Part shown: positions 39,242 to 48,885 of the stretch, in pieces
How the letters are laid out: each line of letters begins with the position of its first letter
How positions within the stretch are numbered: position 1 is the first letter of the stretch
Source: a virus
Reading direction: 5' to 3' (one strand)
Virus record (IMG/VR): IMGVR_UViG_3300025383_000010
Length of the DNA: 64,000 nt
Program-made: the position numbers and the translations under genes
The notes under the pieces: model-generated
Seen by the model: only the letters and a program-made list of their open reading frames with translations
Told to the model about the DNA's origin: nothing
The model's database searches: none

Positions 39242-39508
39242 ATGAGTGAGAATAAGGTTCCGGGTCTTCCCGAAATTAAGTTCAATAAGAACGGATACGA
39301 GATTCGTTCTGACATTTTAGGCCTTGCTGAAAAGCTATGCCTTGAGGAATACAAGGCCAAGTTTATGGGTTGGGAACTCACCGCACATAAGCTAGAAACT
39401 GGACAACTTGTAACCACTGTAGCTGCGCCAGAGTTTCCTGGACTTGAAAAGGTCCTAGAAACCGCACAGAAGATGTATGATTTCGTAAATAACTCAACGA
39501 AAAAGTAA
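39242..39508 (+). CDS. Hypothetical protein
   Basis: GAGG RBS; KNGYEIRSDIL..MYDFV. Confidence 0.7.
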   Translation: MSENKVPGLPEIKFNKNGYEIRSDILGLAEKLCLEEYKAKFMGWELTAHKLETGQLVTTVAAPEFPGLEKVLETAQKMYDFVNNSTKK

Positions 39509-39517
39509 TCTTCAATG

Positions 39518-39550
39518 AAAGGGTGCCTGGCTAGTTCAGGCACTTTTTTT
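39518..39550 (+). terminator. Rho-independent terminator
   Basis: GGGTGCCTGG/TCAGGCACTT stem followed by a T-run. Confidence 0.8.
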
Positions 39551-39597
39551 GGCTATTGAGGCTTGACATTGCATTCGTTTTATAGTAGAGTGAAAAC

Positions 39598-39750
39598 ATG
39601 ATGAAGAAAGAAGTGATTCAGTTTCAGATGTCAAAGCCCAAGTCAAGAGCGCATCATGTGCTTTATGGGGACACTCCCTTTCGTCCTAAGAAGGTTGAAT
39701 CCAAACTTCGCTACAAGCGCAAAGACAAGCACCCTAAGAAGGATTGGTAA
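39598..39750 (+). CDS. ArfA-like basic 50-aa protein (not in the ORF track)
   Basis: ..VLYGDTPFRPKKVESKLRYKRKDKH; leaderless after TTGACA (39563)-17-TAGAGT. Confidence 0.5.
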   Translation: MMKKEVIQFQMSKPKSRAHHVLYGDTPFRPKKVESKLRYKRKDKHPKKDW

Positions 39751-39755
39751 GTAAT

Positions 39756-39947
39756 ATGGACCGCGAAGATTTTATCAACTATGTTCTTGACTTCTACAAT
39801 GCCGACAGTGGAATCTATAAGGACGTTGCTGCTACTCGTGCAGAAGTAATTGATGCTACTCGCAAGCTGGAACGCACTTACGAAGATATCTGCTACGATT
39901 CAGTTGACCGCGAACGTGTCCGCGATTTCATCCTTGAAAGCCGCTAA
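39756..39947 (+). CDS. Hypothetical protein
   Basis: DSVDRERVRD motif; codon use matches the genome. Confidence 0.55.
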   Translation: MDREDFINYVLDFYNADSGIYKDVAATRAEVIDATRKLERTYEDICYDSVDRERVRDFILESR

Positions 39948-40103
39948 TATGAACTATAAAGAAATCACATTGCCCGGCGGAACCTTTCATATGTACGATG
40001 ATCAGCCAAACGTTTGGATCCAGCAGTTGCAGCCCGGTGAAAAGAATGTGTCTGAAAAGATCATGGATGCATATAATGCAGGCGATGTTAGCAAGAAGAA
40101 CGT

Positions 40104-40430
40104 GTGATGCCCTATACTATCTATGATGCTATTAAGGATGAAATTGAGTTTCTTAAGACCCTAGAAAAGGTTGAGGAAAACGCAAATCACACTATTACTG
40201 CTGCTATTGTGGCACAGCAGCAGTCTAGTTTGCGCAGGATCCTTCGCCGTGTAGATAGCGGTTATGAATACTCTATGGGCATTGATACTAGTGATGGCAA
40301 GCCCTGCATCAAGTTTAATAAGACTGACCGAAAGACTCTTGAAGAAGAATATCCAGCACTAAAGAAAGCTGCTGAACAGTATAATCTTATTCATAATCTT
40401 GTTGCCAGTGAAGAGGATAATGACGAATGA
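40104..40430 (+). CDS. Hypothetical protein
   Basis: Coupled ORF; EEYPALKKAAEQY. Confidence 0.55.
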   Translation: MMPYTIYDAIKDEIEFLKTLEKVEENANHTITAAIVAQQQSSLRRILRRVDSGYEYSMGIDTSDGKPCIKFNKTDRKTLEEEYPALKKAAEQYNLIHNLVASEEDNDE

Positions 40431-40690
40431 ACTTTTATATTTGGATTGCAGTAGCAGTTGTCTCTTATGGCATTTATTGTTATTTGCTAGGCAGAGGTAA
40501 GATTGAGTTTCACGATGATAGTGATAGTCAGCCAATTACATTCATTATGTTCTTTGCTTGTGTCGCTTGGCCAATCACGCTGACTGCTGCTATGGTGGTT
40601 GGTCCTTTTATTCTGCTATACAAGCTGGGTAACAAGCACAAGCTCATTGATAAAGAAAAGAAGCTGATGTGGGAAAGGTTGAAGGCTTGA
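40427..40690 (+). CDS. Two-TM membrane protein
   Basis: Two hydrophobic segments; AWPI motif. Confidence 0.55.
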   Translation: MNFYIWIAVAVVSYGIYCYLLGRGKIEFHDDSDSQPITFIMFFACVAWPITLTAAMVVGPFILLYKLGNKHKLIDKEKKLMWERLKA

Positions 40691-40823
40691 TTTATGAATA
40701 ATAGATATAACGAAACCAATGAAAACTTTGGGTGTTTGGTCCTTATATTGACCTTTTCATTCTTATTGTTTGGTCATCCCATCCTAGCCTTTTTAGTGTT
40801 TTTGATGCTGTTTGGCTAAAAAC

Positions 40824-40854
40824 GGTTGACATGTTTACCCAAAACTGCTATAAC
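40824..40854 (+). promoter_or_regulatory. Sigma70-type early promoter, copy 1 of a 31-nt repeat
   Basis: TTGACA (40826)-17-TATAAC. Confidence 0.75.
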
Positions 40855-40886
40855 AAGATTATAGACAGCGAAAGATAAATATTGTC

Positions 40887-41078
40887 ATGAAGATTACCGA
40901 AGTTACTCAGCCGAGCGAACAGGCCCTCTTTGAAGCACTTGATGCTGAAAACGATACTGGGATTGCTACCTCTGATCTTGTCAAGATTGTCAAATCCGTT
41001 AACGGCCCGTTTAGTGCGCCGATGTCAGGTGATGAAATGATCGCCCGTCTTGAAGCTGCACTCGGTGAACATGTCTAA
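40887..41078 (+). CDS. Small acidic protein, possible antitoxin or head protein
   Basis: Follows TAAATA; overlaps the YafQ-like gene. Confidence 0.55.
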   Translation: MKITEVTQPSEQALFEALDAENDTGIATSDLVKIVKSVNGPFSAPMSGDEMIARLEAALGEHV

Positions 41079-41481
41079 TCCTAACCCTGCTGTTGTCTTT
41101 AGCGAAGGTCCTCTTTGGATGGAATCAGTTGTGTCTGCTAGAAAGGACACAATAAATATTCTGCAAAAAATCAAAGAGTTCATGGATTACAAATCACAGA
41201 ATCCACTGGCGTTGTTCGGTGGAAAGGATACTCCATTAGCTGGGGTATCTGGTAGTCCATATTCAAAGTATCTGCCTAAAGCTAGAAAAGCACATCTTAC
41301 TCCTGACATCAGCATCATTTATGAACTTAGCGGTAAAAACCCAACCACGATTAAGCTGTTAGGAGTATTCACTCATGCTGATCTAGGAACCGGAATGCCA
41401 GCTAATAAGAAGCGATCTGAACAGATGGCTAAGCGTCTCGCTCGTGAAGACCTTGAAAATTTTTTGAAATCCCTTCTCTAA
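41071..41481 (+). CDS. RelE/YafQ-like mRNA interferase
   Basis: KDTPLAG..KAHLTPDISIIY..LLGVFTHADL. Confidence 0.6.
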   Translation: MSNPNPAVVFSEGPLWMESVVSARKDTINILQKIKEFMDYKSQNPLALFGGKDTPLAGVSGSPYSKYLPKARKAHLTPDISIIYELSGKNPTTIKLLGVFTHADLGTGMPANKKRSEQMAKRLAREDLENFLKSLL

Positions 41482-41506
41482 TAAAATAACCTAACTGTAT
41501 CTTTTT

Positions 41507-41537
41507 GGTTGACACTGTTACCCAAAACTGCTATAAC
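41507..41537 (+). promoter_or_regulatory. Sigma70-type early promoter, copy 2 of the 31-nt repeat
   Basis: TTGACA (41509)-17-TATAAC, followed by AAGGAG RBS. Confidence 0.8.
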
Positions 41538-41562
41538 GAATGTATAGCAAGGAGATAGTCAC

Positions 41563-42231
41563 ATGGCTCGTTATACTCGCCCCGTCTACAACACTGTTGA
41601 TGTTTTTGCTGCTGCATGTGCTGCCCAGCGTATCAACGGTGAATATCTCAAGCAAGATGATGTTACTGTTTATGACGATGATCATGAATATAGCCATAAG
41701 GTGAATCGTGTTGCTAACAAGACCTTGACTCACCAGTTTCTTAAGGGTGATTTTGATATCACTGACGGTGACCGTGAAATGGCTGAAAAGGTTATGACCT
41801 ATTGTCGCGGTCTTACTTTCAAGTTGCTTACCAACAAGCGTTTGAGCGACTTTGAAGCAACCATGCTTACTATCGTTGAAAAGTCAACCACCGACAGCAA
41901 CTATGATATTGCTGTTGTTGCCTCGCTTCCTGCTTCGTATGAGCGTTCTATTGCTCGTACTGAACAGAATATTCGCCTTCGTGAGACTGAAGGTTTTGTT
42001 GGGCAGGTTGGTGATAAGGTTGGACTTTCTGTTGAAGTCGTTCGCTGTAATTTCTCCGATCAGTGGGGTACTCATTTTGTGACTACGATTACTCCTGACA
42101 ACAAGCAGGTGTTTTTTGCATTCCGCAACTCGCTTGCTGTTGGTGACACTATCACGATTGAGGGTAAGGTAAAGGCCCATCGCAATCAGCGTGAGGATAG
42201 CACCCAGCTTAACTATGTTAAGGTCCTGTAA
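41563..42231 (+). CDS. Early protein with C-terminal OB-fold-like domain
   Basis: GQVGDKV..GKVKAH..TQLNYVKV. Confidence 0.6.
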   Translation: MARYTRPVYNTVDVFAAACAAQRINGEYLKQDDVTVYDDDHEYSHKVNRVANKTLTHQFLKGDFDITDGDREMAEKVMTYCRGLTFKLLTNKRLSDFEATMLTIVEKSTTDSNYDIAVVASLPASYERSIARTEQNIRLRETEGFVGQVGDKVGLSVEVVRCNFSDQWGTHFVTTITPDNKQVFFAFRNSLAVGDTITIEGKVKAHRNQREDSTQLNYVKVL

Positions 42232-42447
42232 TTGTAATGAACGCTGACAAAGAAAATGTATTCCGCACTTTACGTGAAGAGGAGTTGTTTGTGACTTTTT
42301 GGGGGTGCCGTTTTGGATTTCACAAATGGTTGAAGTATCGTGAGCCTACAAAGGTACACGACTCCTATTACATGTGTACTGTGCAGGAGAGGCGCTGCGG
42401 TTCTTGTAACAAGGCTGATAGAATTATTTTAGAAAAGACTGTATAAA

Positions 42448-42834
42448 ATGACCGATTGGATCAAAGCTATTCAGAGCGTTGGGCGAGGTTTTCGCCCGGG
42501 TATGGAAGTCCAAATGATTTCTGCCGGTACCGGAGTGGGCAAGTCTGTAATCATGGATTTTGAATCCGATGACTTCACTGACTGGGAACATGTTATGCGA
42601 CCGCATTATGTGGAAACAGCAGTGTGGGGAGAGGTGGGAGAGGTAGCTTGGTATAAGTTCTCCAGAAAGCCAAAGCTAGCTATTATCTATAGTGCAACCA
42701 AAGTGATTCGTCATAACGAAGATGGTTCGTTTGAATATATCAAGAATCGTACTGGTACTGGTGTTAAGGTACTAGACGCAGAAGAAGAAAAAGAAATGAC
42801 TTGGATCATTCTTAAAGCAAGGAGTATGGACTAA
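42448..42834 (+). CDS. Hypothetical protein; C-terminus resembles the WFxL family
   Basis: EEKEMTWIILKA. Confidence 0.5.
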   Translation: MTDWIKAIQSVGRGFRPGMEVQMISAGTGVGKSVIMDFESDDFTDWEHVMRPHYVETAVWGEVGEVAWYKFSRKPKLAIIYSATKVIRHNEDGSFEYIKNRTGTGVKVLDAEEEKEMTWIILKARSMD

Positions 42835-43163
42835 TGCAAATCGCAATCGCAGATACAGATGGTCGTGTTCATCTTTGGGGTGATGTCACTAGCATCAACG
42901 AAGATGGTTCCATTAACTTTTACGTACTTAATGGCGCCTGGGATGGTAGGTACCACAATGGACAGGTCTTTGTAGAGTACACTAAGGCACTGTTTCCCGG
43001 TATGCTTGTATGGGTCGGTAATGCTCCCGGCGACTACAACCACGCTATACCTTGGATTCAAGATGAGATTAGCAAGCCAGACTATGTAATGACGCAGCCT
43101 GATCAGTATGTTGCTCCTATTAGGGAAGTTGAAGAAGATGAATGGGATGATATTCCCTTCTGA
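42834..43163 (+). CDS. Hypothetical protein with acidic DDIPF tail
   Basis: SSB-like C-terminal DDIPF. Confidence 0.55.
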   Translation: MQIAIADTDGRVHLWGDVTSINEDGSINFYVLNGAWDGRYHNGQVFVEYTKALFPGMLVWVGNAPGDYNHAIPWIQDEISKPDYVMTQPDQYVAPIREVEEDEWDDIPF

Positions 43164-43395
43164 CAACTGCTATCTTCCGATCCATAGGATAGAGTATGTT
43201 CGTGTTGGTATACAGCGGACATGCCACACAGAGGTTTGGAGTAACTTTGTCAACTCTCTCCCGGTAACAATTCAGTCTGGTTGGGATAACTTAGCACGAG
43301 AGCGTATCAAAGATTGGAACGGTACTCTAATCAACGATGTAGTAGTGTTCAATACCGAGCAAGACAAGATGTGGTTTATATTGAGGTGGTCGTAA
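43147..43395 (+). CDS. Small protein, solo WFxLRWS-family member
   Basis: FNTEQDKMWFILRWS; ends TTGAGGTGGTCGTAA. Confidence 0.7.
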   Translation: MIFPSDNCYLPIHRIEYVRVGIQRTCHTEVWSNFVNSLPVTIQSGWDNLARERIKDWNGTLINDVVVFNTEQDKMWFILRWS

Positions 43396-43440
43396 CCTTT
43401 CTTGTTGACATTCACCCTACAATATAGTATATAGAAGACT

Positions 43441-44799
43441 ATGAGCGCAAACTTTATCAAACAATTGAACGAGGATAATGGTCGTCTTCACAAAGAAGAT
43501 GTCCTTAGCCAGGCCCTTACTGCTGCTAATCTAGGAAGCGATATTGCTATTCGTTTTCTGTGCGGGCTTAAGGCATGTTACAACCCATATGAAACATTTG
43601 GTATCAAGCAGATTCCTGATACAGTTGGTATTGTTGATGCAGAGAATCCGTGGGACGAGTTCTTTGACTTGTTGCAGGCACTTAGTGATCGTCGCTTGAC
43701 TGGACATGATGCCCGCGATGCGGTAGCAGAAATGTCGGAACGTTTTGACAGTGATGAATGGAATCTGTTCCTTGCTCCTATCCTTCGGCGTGACATGCGC
43801 TGCGGTATTAGCACTACTACTGTCAACAAGATTGTCAAGAAAACCAACTACGAGATTCCTGTATTCTCGTGTCAGCTTGCTAGCAACTGTGAGGGTCGCC
43901 CTGAAATGAAGGGCATCAAGCGACTCGAACCCAAGCTCGACGGTGTTCGTGTTCTGTTAGTAGTTACCGTGACTGACAGTGGCACTCACACAACTTGCTA
44001 CAGTCGCAATGGCAAGGTCTTTGAGAACTTCAAGCACATTGAAGACCAGATTATTGATAATCTGCTACAGCTTATCTTTGCCCGCAATAGCGTAAGTATT
44101 CCTGGTTCTGATATTACTCGTGGCTTCGTCCTTGATGGTGAAGTTGTTGGCAATAGCTTCCAAGAACTGATGCGTCAGGCTCGTCGTAAAGAGAATGTAG
44201 CAGCAGAAGATAGCGTGTTCCACGTATTTGACATTCTTCCTATCGCTGACTTTGGTCGTGGACACTGGAATGCACAGTTGAGCAAGCGTATCAAGCTACT
44301 TGAAGCTATGAAGCCTGCTATCGACAAGATGCCTAATGTAGAACTGCTGCCGCACCTTGAAGTTAACCTCGATGAACACGAAGGTCGCAGCAAGTTTGAG
44401 CGTTATTGCAGTGACATGGTTGCTGCTGGGTTTGAAGGCGTGATGATTAAGGACCTCGATAGTCCTTATATCTGCAAGCGTAGCGCCAGCTGGATGAAGT
44501 ACAAGCCTACGATCACTGTTGATCTTGAAGTTATCGGTCTTGAAGAAGGTACCGGTCGTAACAAGAACCGTTTGGGCGCACTTGTCTGCAATGGTGTTGA
44601 TGATGGTAAGGAAATCACTGTCAATGCTGGTAGTGGGTTCAGTGATGCAGAGCGTGACAGTCTTTGGGAAGATCGCAACTTGATCGTGGGTCGCACCGTT
44701 GAGATTATGGCTGATGCTATCACGCAGAATCAGGATGGTACTTACAGTCTGCGTTTCCCGCGTTTTGTTCGCTTCCGTGATGATAAGGAGAATGTATAA
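43441..44799 (+). CDS. ATP-dependent DNA ligase
   Basis: EPKLDGVR, LDGEV, FDIL, EGVMIK, WMKYK and SLRFPRF. Confidence 0.95.
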   Translation: MSANFIKQLNEDNGRLHKEDVLSQALTAANLGSDIAIRFLCGLKACYNPYETFGIKQIPDTVGIVDAENPWDEFFDLLQALSDRRLTGHDARDAVAEMSERFDSDEWNLFLAPILRRDMRCGISTTTVNKIVKKTNYEIPVFSCQLASNCEGRPEMKGIKRLEPKLDGVRVLLVVTVTDSGTHTTCYSRNGKVFENFKHIEDQIIDNLLQLIFARNSVSIPGSDITRGFVLDGEVVGNSFQELMRQARRKENVAAEDSVFHVFDILPIADFGRGHWNAQLSKRIKLLEAMKPAIDKMPNVELLPHLEVNLDEHEGRSKFERYCSDMVAAGFEGVMIKDLDSPYICKRSASWMKYKPTITVDLEVIGLEEGTGRNKNRLGALVCNGVDDGKEITVNAGSGFSDAERDSLWEDRNLIVGRTVEIMADAITQNQDGTYSLRFPRFVRFRDDKENV

Positions 44800-44951
44800 T
44801 GGAAGTTAAGTGGTATATGATTGCAGTTGCAACTATCTTTGGACTTGGTATGGCGGCAGCTACTTATACTGAGTTTCAAAAGTCACAGTGTAAGATTGCT
44901 GCTATTCAAGCGCACATGACGCCTGATCAGATTGAGCAGGTGTGCAAGTGA
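44799..44951 (+). CDS. 50-aa membrane peptide (not in the ORF track)
   Basis: AAGGAG RBS; TM segment; two Cys. Confidence 0.5.
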   Translation: MEVKWYMIAVATIFGLGMAAATYTEFQKSQCKIAAIQAHMTPDQIEQVCK

Positions 44952-45129
44952 GTAGTCTTGGAATGATCTTTGAAGAATCGCCACAGCGTTGTGAAATGTG
45001 CGGCATTATCGCAGAAACTCGTCCATATGGTCTTAATCATGAAGAAATCTGCTTTGATTGCGCCATGAAGGATGAGGCACTTACTGAGATTCGTGCTAAG
45101 CAACTGTTGTTCGGGGAAGGAGAATAATA

Positions 45130-45303
45130 ATGGAAATTCAACCCAAAGATACAAGTCGTGGGCATTTCTATGTCAGCATGGCTAAGAGCATGTTGCGTAT
45201 CGGTGCAAGTCTTGCATTGATGATGATGACAGGGGTGTTTGAAATCGCAGGTTGCTTACTCTTTGCAGCAGAACTGTTGGGAATTCTAGAGGAGCTAGTG
45301 TAA
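45130..45303 (+). CDS. 57-aa membrane protein (not in the ORF track)
   Basis: AAGGAG RBS; KSMLRI..AELLGILEELV. Confidence 0.55.
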   Translation: MEIQPKDTSRGHFYVSMAKSMLRIGASLALMMMTGVFEIAGCLLFAAELLGILEELV

Positions 45304-45305
45304 TC

Positions 45306-45542
45306 ATGGAAGACGATTATGATGCACTAAAGGATACTGCTGAATGGGCTGAAAAGTTACTTGGAAAGTCGTATGTGTTTGAAGACGGCGATATGATTGA
45401 AGTGATTCAAGTAAAGCGCCGTGATACTGGTCCTTGGATCACTTTTCATATCACACAAGGCCCTGGAATCCCTCGCAAGGGAGTTATGATGGCCGAAGAG
45501 TTCAACGTTACGTATGGACATTTATTTGGTTTAGAAGACTAA
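45306..45542 (+). CDS. Hypothetical protein
   Basis: GAGGAG RBS; GPGIPRK. Confidence 0.6.
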   Translation: MEDDYDALKDTAEWAEKLLGKSYVFEDGDMIEVIQVKRRDTGPWITFHITQGPGIPRKGVMMAEEFNVTYGHLFGLED

Positions 45543-45549
45543 ATAATAG

Positions 45550-47019
45550 ATGTTCTTACGAAAAGTATTTAGTTTCGCTACACTAACCCTGTTGGTTGCA
45601 CTTACTCTTAGCAGTATTGCGGCTTGGTATTCCATTCAGGGGTTAATGGCTATCTTCGCCGCAGCAGTCGTTCCCATTATGATCATGGGCGGATCGCTTG
45701 AGTTTGCTAAGGTTGTAACTACAGTTTGGCTACATAGATATTGGGATCGTGCTGGATGGAAGTTAAAGCTCTATTTGGTTCCTGCTGTTATTGCCCTTGC
45801 ATTCTTGACAAGCATGGGTATCTTTGGCTTCTTGTCTAAGGCTCACAGTGATCAAACATTAGTAAGCGGTGATGTTGGCGCTAAGGTAGCAGTCTATGAT
45901 ATGAAGATACAGACTGCTAAAGAAAACATAGCCGCTAACCGTAAAGCACTTACACAAATGGATAGTCAGGTTGACCAATTATTAGGTCGTACTGCTGATG
46001 ACAAGGGTGCAAATCGTGCTGTTTCAGTTCGTAATCAACAGAAAGCAGAGCGCAATCGCCTTCAGAAAGAGATTGAAGCAGACCAGCAAGCTATTGCTAA
46101 GTTGAATGATGAAGCTGCTCCTATTCGTGCCCAAGTACGTAAGGTTGAAGCAGAAGTTGGACCTATCAAATATATTGCTGCATTGATCTATGGTGATAAT
46201 CCAGATAGCAATTTATTAGAACGTGCTGTGCGATGGGTTATCATTCTCATTGTGTTTGTATTTGATCCTCTTGCTCTTACGCTTGTATTAGCTGCACAGA
46301 GTAGCTATGAATGGCTTGAAGAAGACTTGAATAAGAAGGATGAAGAGGAAGAAACTGTGGAAGAAGTTCACGACAAGTGTGGTACACCTGAATGCTGTGG
46401 ACAATGTGATACTGCTGTTGATGCAGACTTTATCGCAAAACTAAATGCAGTTAAGCCCAAGGAGGTTAATGATGATGCCACTTTACTATCAGCAGATGAT
46501 GCTGGACATGATGAAGATGTGGGAGAAGAACTACAACAAGCACATCTTTCCGATGCAACTGAGGATGCTGGGGAACTGGAACCGAGTGAAGCAGAACCTG
46601 TCAAAGAACCTGAACCAATAGAGATAGAAACTGAAGGCGTAACAATTCATCACAATGAAGGTGGTTATGTTCTTTATGAGGGCAAGTCAATGAGCAAGGA
46701 AGCATTAAAGGGAATGCGTCCTGAGTTGTTTGCAAATCCTGACGAAGGACATCATAGTGACACTAGTTTCGGTACAGCTTTCCCTAGATATGCTACTAAG
46801 GGCGATGTTTTCGTTAGAGTAGATGTATTGCCTAATCGTGTATTCAAGTTTGACGGTGACAAGTGGATTGAAGTTAGCAAGGACCTTTCTAACTCATATA
46901 TCTATGATGAAGAATATATCCGTTATCTTGTAAGTAAGATTGAAACCGGCGAATATGATATTGATCTATTGTCTGATCTTGAAAAAGAACAGATTGAAGA
47001 ATTTCTAAATCAAAAATAA
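45550..47019 (+). CDS. Multi-TM coiled-coil membrane protein
   Basis: N-terminal TMs, long coiled coil, FDPLA TM and acidic tail; TAAATA upstream. Confidence 0.75.
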   Translation: MFLRKVFSFATLTLLVALTLSSIAAWYSIQGLMAIFAAAVVPIMIMGGSLEFAKVVTTVWLHRYWDRAGWKLKLYLVPAVIALAFLTSMGIFGFLSKAHSDQTLVSGDVGAKVAVYDMKIQTAKENIAANRKALTQMDSQVDQLLGRTADDKGANRAVSVRNQQKAERNRLQKEIEADQQAIAKLNDEAAPIRAQVRKVEAEVGPIKYIAALIYGDNPDSNLLERAVRWVIILIVFVFDPLALTLVLAAQSSYEWLEEDLNKKDEEEETVEEVHDKCGTPECCGQCDTAVDADFIAKLNAVKPKEVNDDATLLSADDAGHDEDVGEELQQAHLSDATEDAGELEPSEAEPVKEPEPIEIETEGVTIHHNEGGYVLYEGKSMSKEALKGMRPELFANPDEGHHSDTSFGTAFPRYATKGDVFVRVDVLPNRVFKFDGDKWIEVSKDLSNSYIYDEEYIRYLVSKIETGEYDIDLLSDLEKEQIEEFLNQK

Positions 47020-47049
47020 GTTCATATAAAAGCTCAGATAAGTAAAACT

Positions 47050-48249
47050 ATGACTGATAAAAAACTACAAGACTGCTCCTTTTGTGGGAAGCACAAAGAT
47101 GAAGTTGCAAAACTAATCGTAGGAGATGATGTAGCAATTTGCAGTACTTGCATTGCACTATGCAACGAACTCATGGATGATGACAAGGTTGTAGACATCA
47201 TTGAAAAGATTGATACTGGTGACTTTGATGCATATAGCATTAAAGAACATTTGGATCAGTTAGTCATTGGCCAACATAGCGCCAAAGAGATTCTTGCAGT
47301 CGCTATCTCAAATCACTATAAGAGGATTACCAACCCACCTAAGGATTTAGAAATCCAGAAAGGTAACGTGTTGTTGATTGGGCCAACTGGTTCGGGTAAG
47401 ACATTGCTTGCTAAGTCAGTTGCAAAGTATCTTAACGTTCCCTTCGTAGTTGCAGATGCTACTAACCTCACCGAAGCTGGTTATGTAGGTGAAGATGCTG
47501 AGTCAATGATTGCTATGTTGCTTGCACTTGCTGACAACGATGTTAAGAAGGCAGAACGCGGTATCGTTTTCATTGACGAAATTGACAAGATTGCTCGTAA
47601 GAGTGAAAGCACTAGCATTACCCGTGACGTTAGTGGCGAAGGCGTACAGCAAGCATTATTGAAGATGGTTGAAGGTACCAAGTGTCGTGTAAGCCCAGTT
47701 GGCAAAAGAAAACACCCACAGGGCGAGACTGTTGAAGTTGACACTAAGAACATCTTGTTCATTGCAGGTGGTGCATTTGTTGGACTTGAGCAGATTATCA
47801 AGAATCGTACTCAGGGTTCAAGCATTGGATTCGGAGCAGAAGTAAAGAGTAAGACTGAAAAGCAGGATATTACTGATGTATCTCCCGATGATCTTACTCG
47901 CTTTGGTATGATCCCCGAATTCATTGGTCGTTTCACTACTACGGTTACGTTACAAGAACTTACGCTTGATCAATTGGTAGAAGTGTTGACTGATGTTAAG
48001 AACAACTTCATTGACCAGTACAAGTATCTGTTCGCTATTGATGGTATTGAACTTACATTCACTTGTGATGCTATTAGACGTATTGCACAGAACTGCATTG
48101 ATCTAAAGACCGGCGCTCGTGGTCTACATACTGAGATTGAAAGAATCTTGATGCCACATATGTTCCATATTCGTAAGTATAAGGAACAGGATATCAAAGA
48201 ACTAGTGATTGATGTTGCTCTAATTGAGAACCCAAAAGCATTAGTTTAA
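47050..48249 (+). CDS. clpX: ClpX ATPase
   Basis: CSFC..CSTC zinc finger, [26 protein letters not shown] and IGF loop. Confidence 0.95.
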   Translation: MTDKKLQDCSFCGKHKDEVAKLIVGDDVAICSTCIALCNELMDDDKVVDIIEKIDTGDFDAYSIKEHLDQLVIGQHSAKEILAVAISNHYKRITNPPKDLEIQKGNVLLIGPTGSGKTLLAKSVAKYLNVPFVVADATNLTEAGYVGEDAESMIAMLLALADNDVKKAERGIVFIDEIDKIARKSESTSITRDVSGEGVQQALLKMVEGTKCRVSPVGKRKHPQGETVEVDTKNILFIAGGAFVGLEQIIKNRTQGSSIGFGAEVKSKTEKQDITDVSPDDLTRFGMIPEFIGRFTTTVTLQELTLDQLVEVLTDVKNNFIDQYKYLFAIDGIELTFTCDAIRRIAQNCIDLKTGARGLHTEIERILMPHMFHIRKYKEQDIKELVIDVALIENPKALV

Positions 48250-48289
48250 CCAAAATACTAGACGTTTTTACGAAAATATAGTATATAAG

Positions 48290-48355
48290 TATTGTTGTAG
48301 ATGCTTTATAGGTCTACAACAATAGTCTTGCTTAATATAAAGGAGATAAAACATG
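48290..48355 (+). promoter_or_regulatory. ROSE-like RNA thermometer upstream of the small heat-shock gene
   Basis: 12-bp 5' hairpin (48290-301/48313-24); TCTTGCT (48326-32) pairs with AGGAGA (48341-46) leaving a bulged G. Confidence 0.65.
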
Positions 48356-48823
48356 ACTAATCAACTAACCCTTCGTTCCCTAGACATTCCTGCTATTCAC
48401 AAGTTTGGTATCGGCTTTGACGGTATCTTTGATGAACTGATGCGTGTCAACGCCCAGCAGGCAAACACCAACTATCCCCCATACAATATTGTAAAGCATG
48501 ATGACGATCACTTCGCCATTGAGCTTGCCGTTGCGGGGTTCCGTGAGGGTGACATTAGTATTACAGTAGAGAAGAACATTCTTACCATTAAGGGCGAAAA
48601 GGTTCAGGACTTAGAAGACGTTGATTCTTCTGTATCTGTTCCTAAGCCTGAGTATGTACATCGTGGCATTAGTTCCCGAGACTTTGCTCGTACATTCACT
48701 CTTGCCGAACACGTTGAAGTTATCGGTGCAAATGCAGAGAACGGTATTCTCAAGATTGAATTGGAGCGTCAAGTTCCTGAGGAACAGAAGCCCAAAACGG
48801 TTGCAATCACTTACACAAAGTGA
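48353..48823 (+). CDS. Small heat-shock protein (Hsp20/IbpA-like)
   Basis: NYPPYNI, IELAVAGF, HRGIS.R.F.R.F.L and NGIL. Confidence 0.95.
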   Translation: MTNQLTLRSLDIPAIHKFGIGFDGIFDELMRVNAQQANTNYPPYNIVKHDDDHFAIELAVAGFREGDISITVEKNILTIKGEKVQDLEDVDSSVSVPKPEYVHRGISSRDFARTFTLAEHVEVIGANAENGILKIELERQVPEEQKPKTVAITYTK

Positions 48824-48866
48824 TATAAATAAAATAGTGATTGCGGGTAATAGTGCCCGCAATCAC
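48824..48866 (+). promoter_or_regulatory. T4-type late promoter TATAAATA followed by an 11-bp hairpin
   Basis: TATAAATA at 48824-31; GTGATTGCGGG/CCCGCAATCAC. Confidence 0.6.
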
Positions 48867-48885
48867 ATACTAAAGGAAGTTTATA

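Noticed and set aside
42500-42560. Walker A-like AGTGVGKS in ORF 42448
   Set aside because: The protein is too short and has no recognisable Walker B or NTPase core; at most a fragment.
48837-48866. Terminator after hsp20
   Set aside because: The strong hairpin has no U-tract and follows TATAAATA, so it fits a 5' leader of clpS better.
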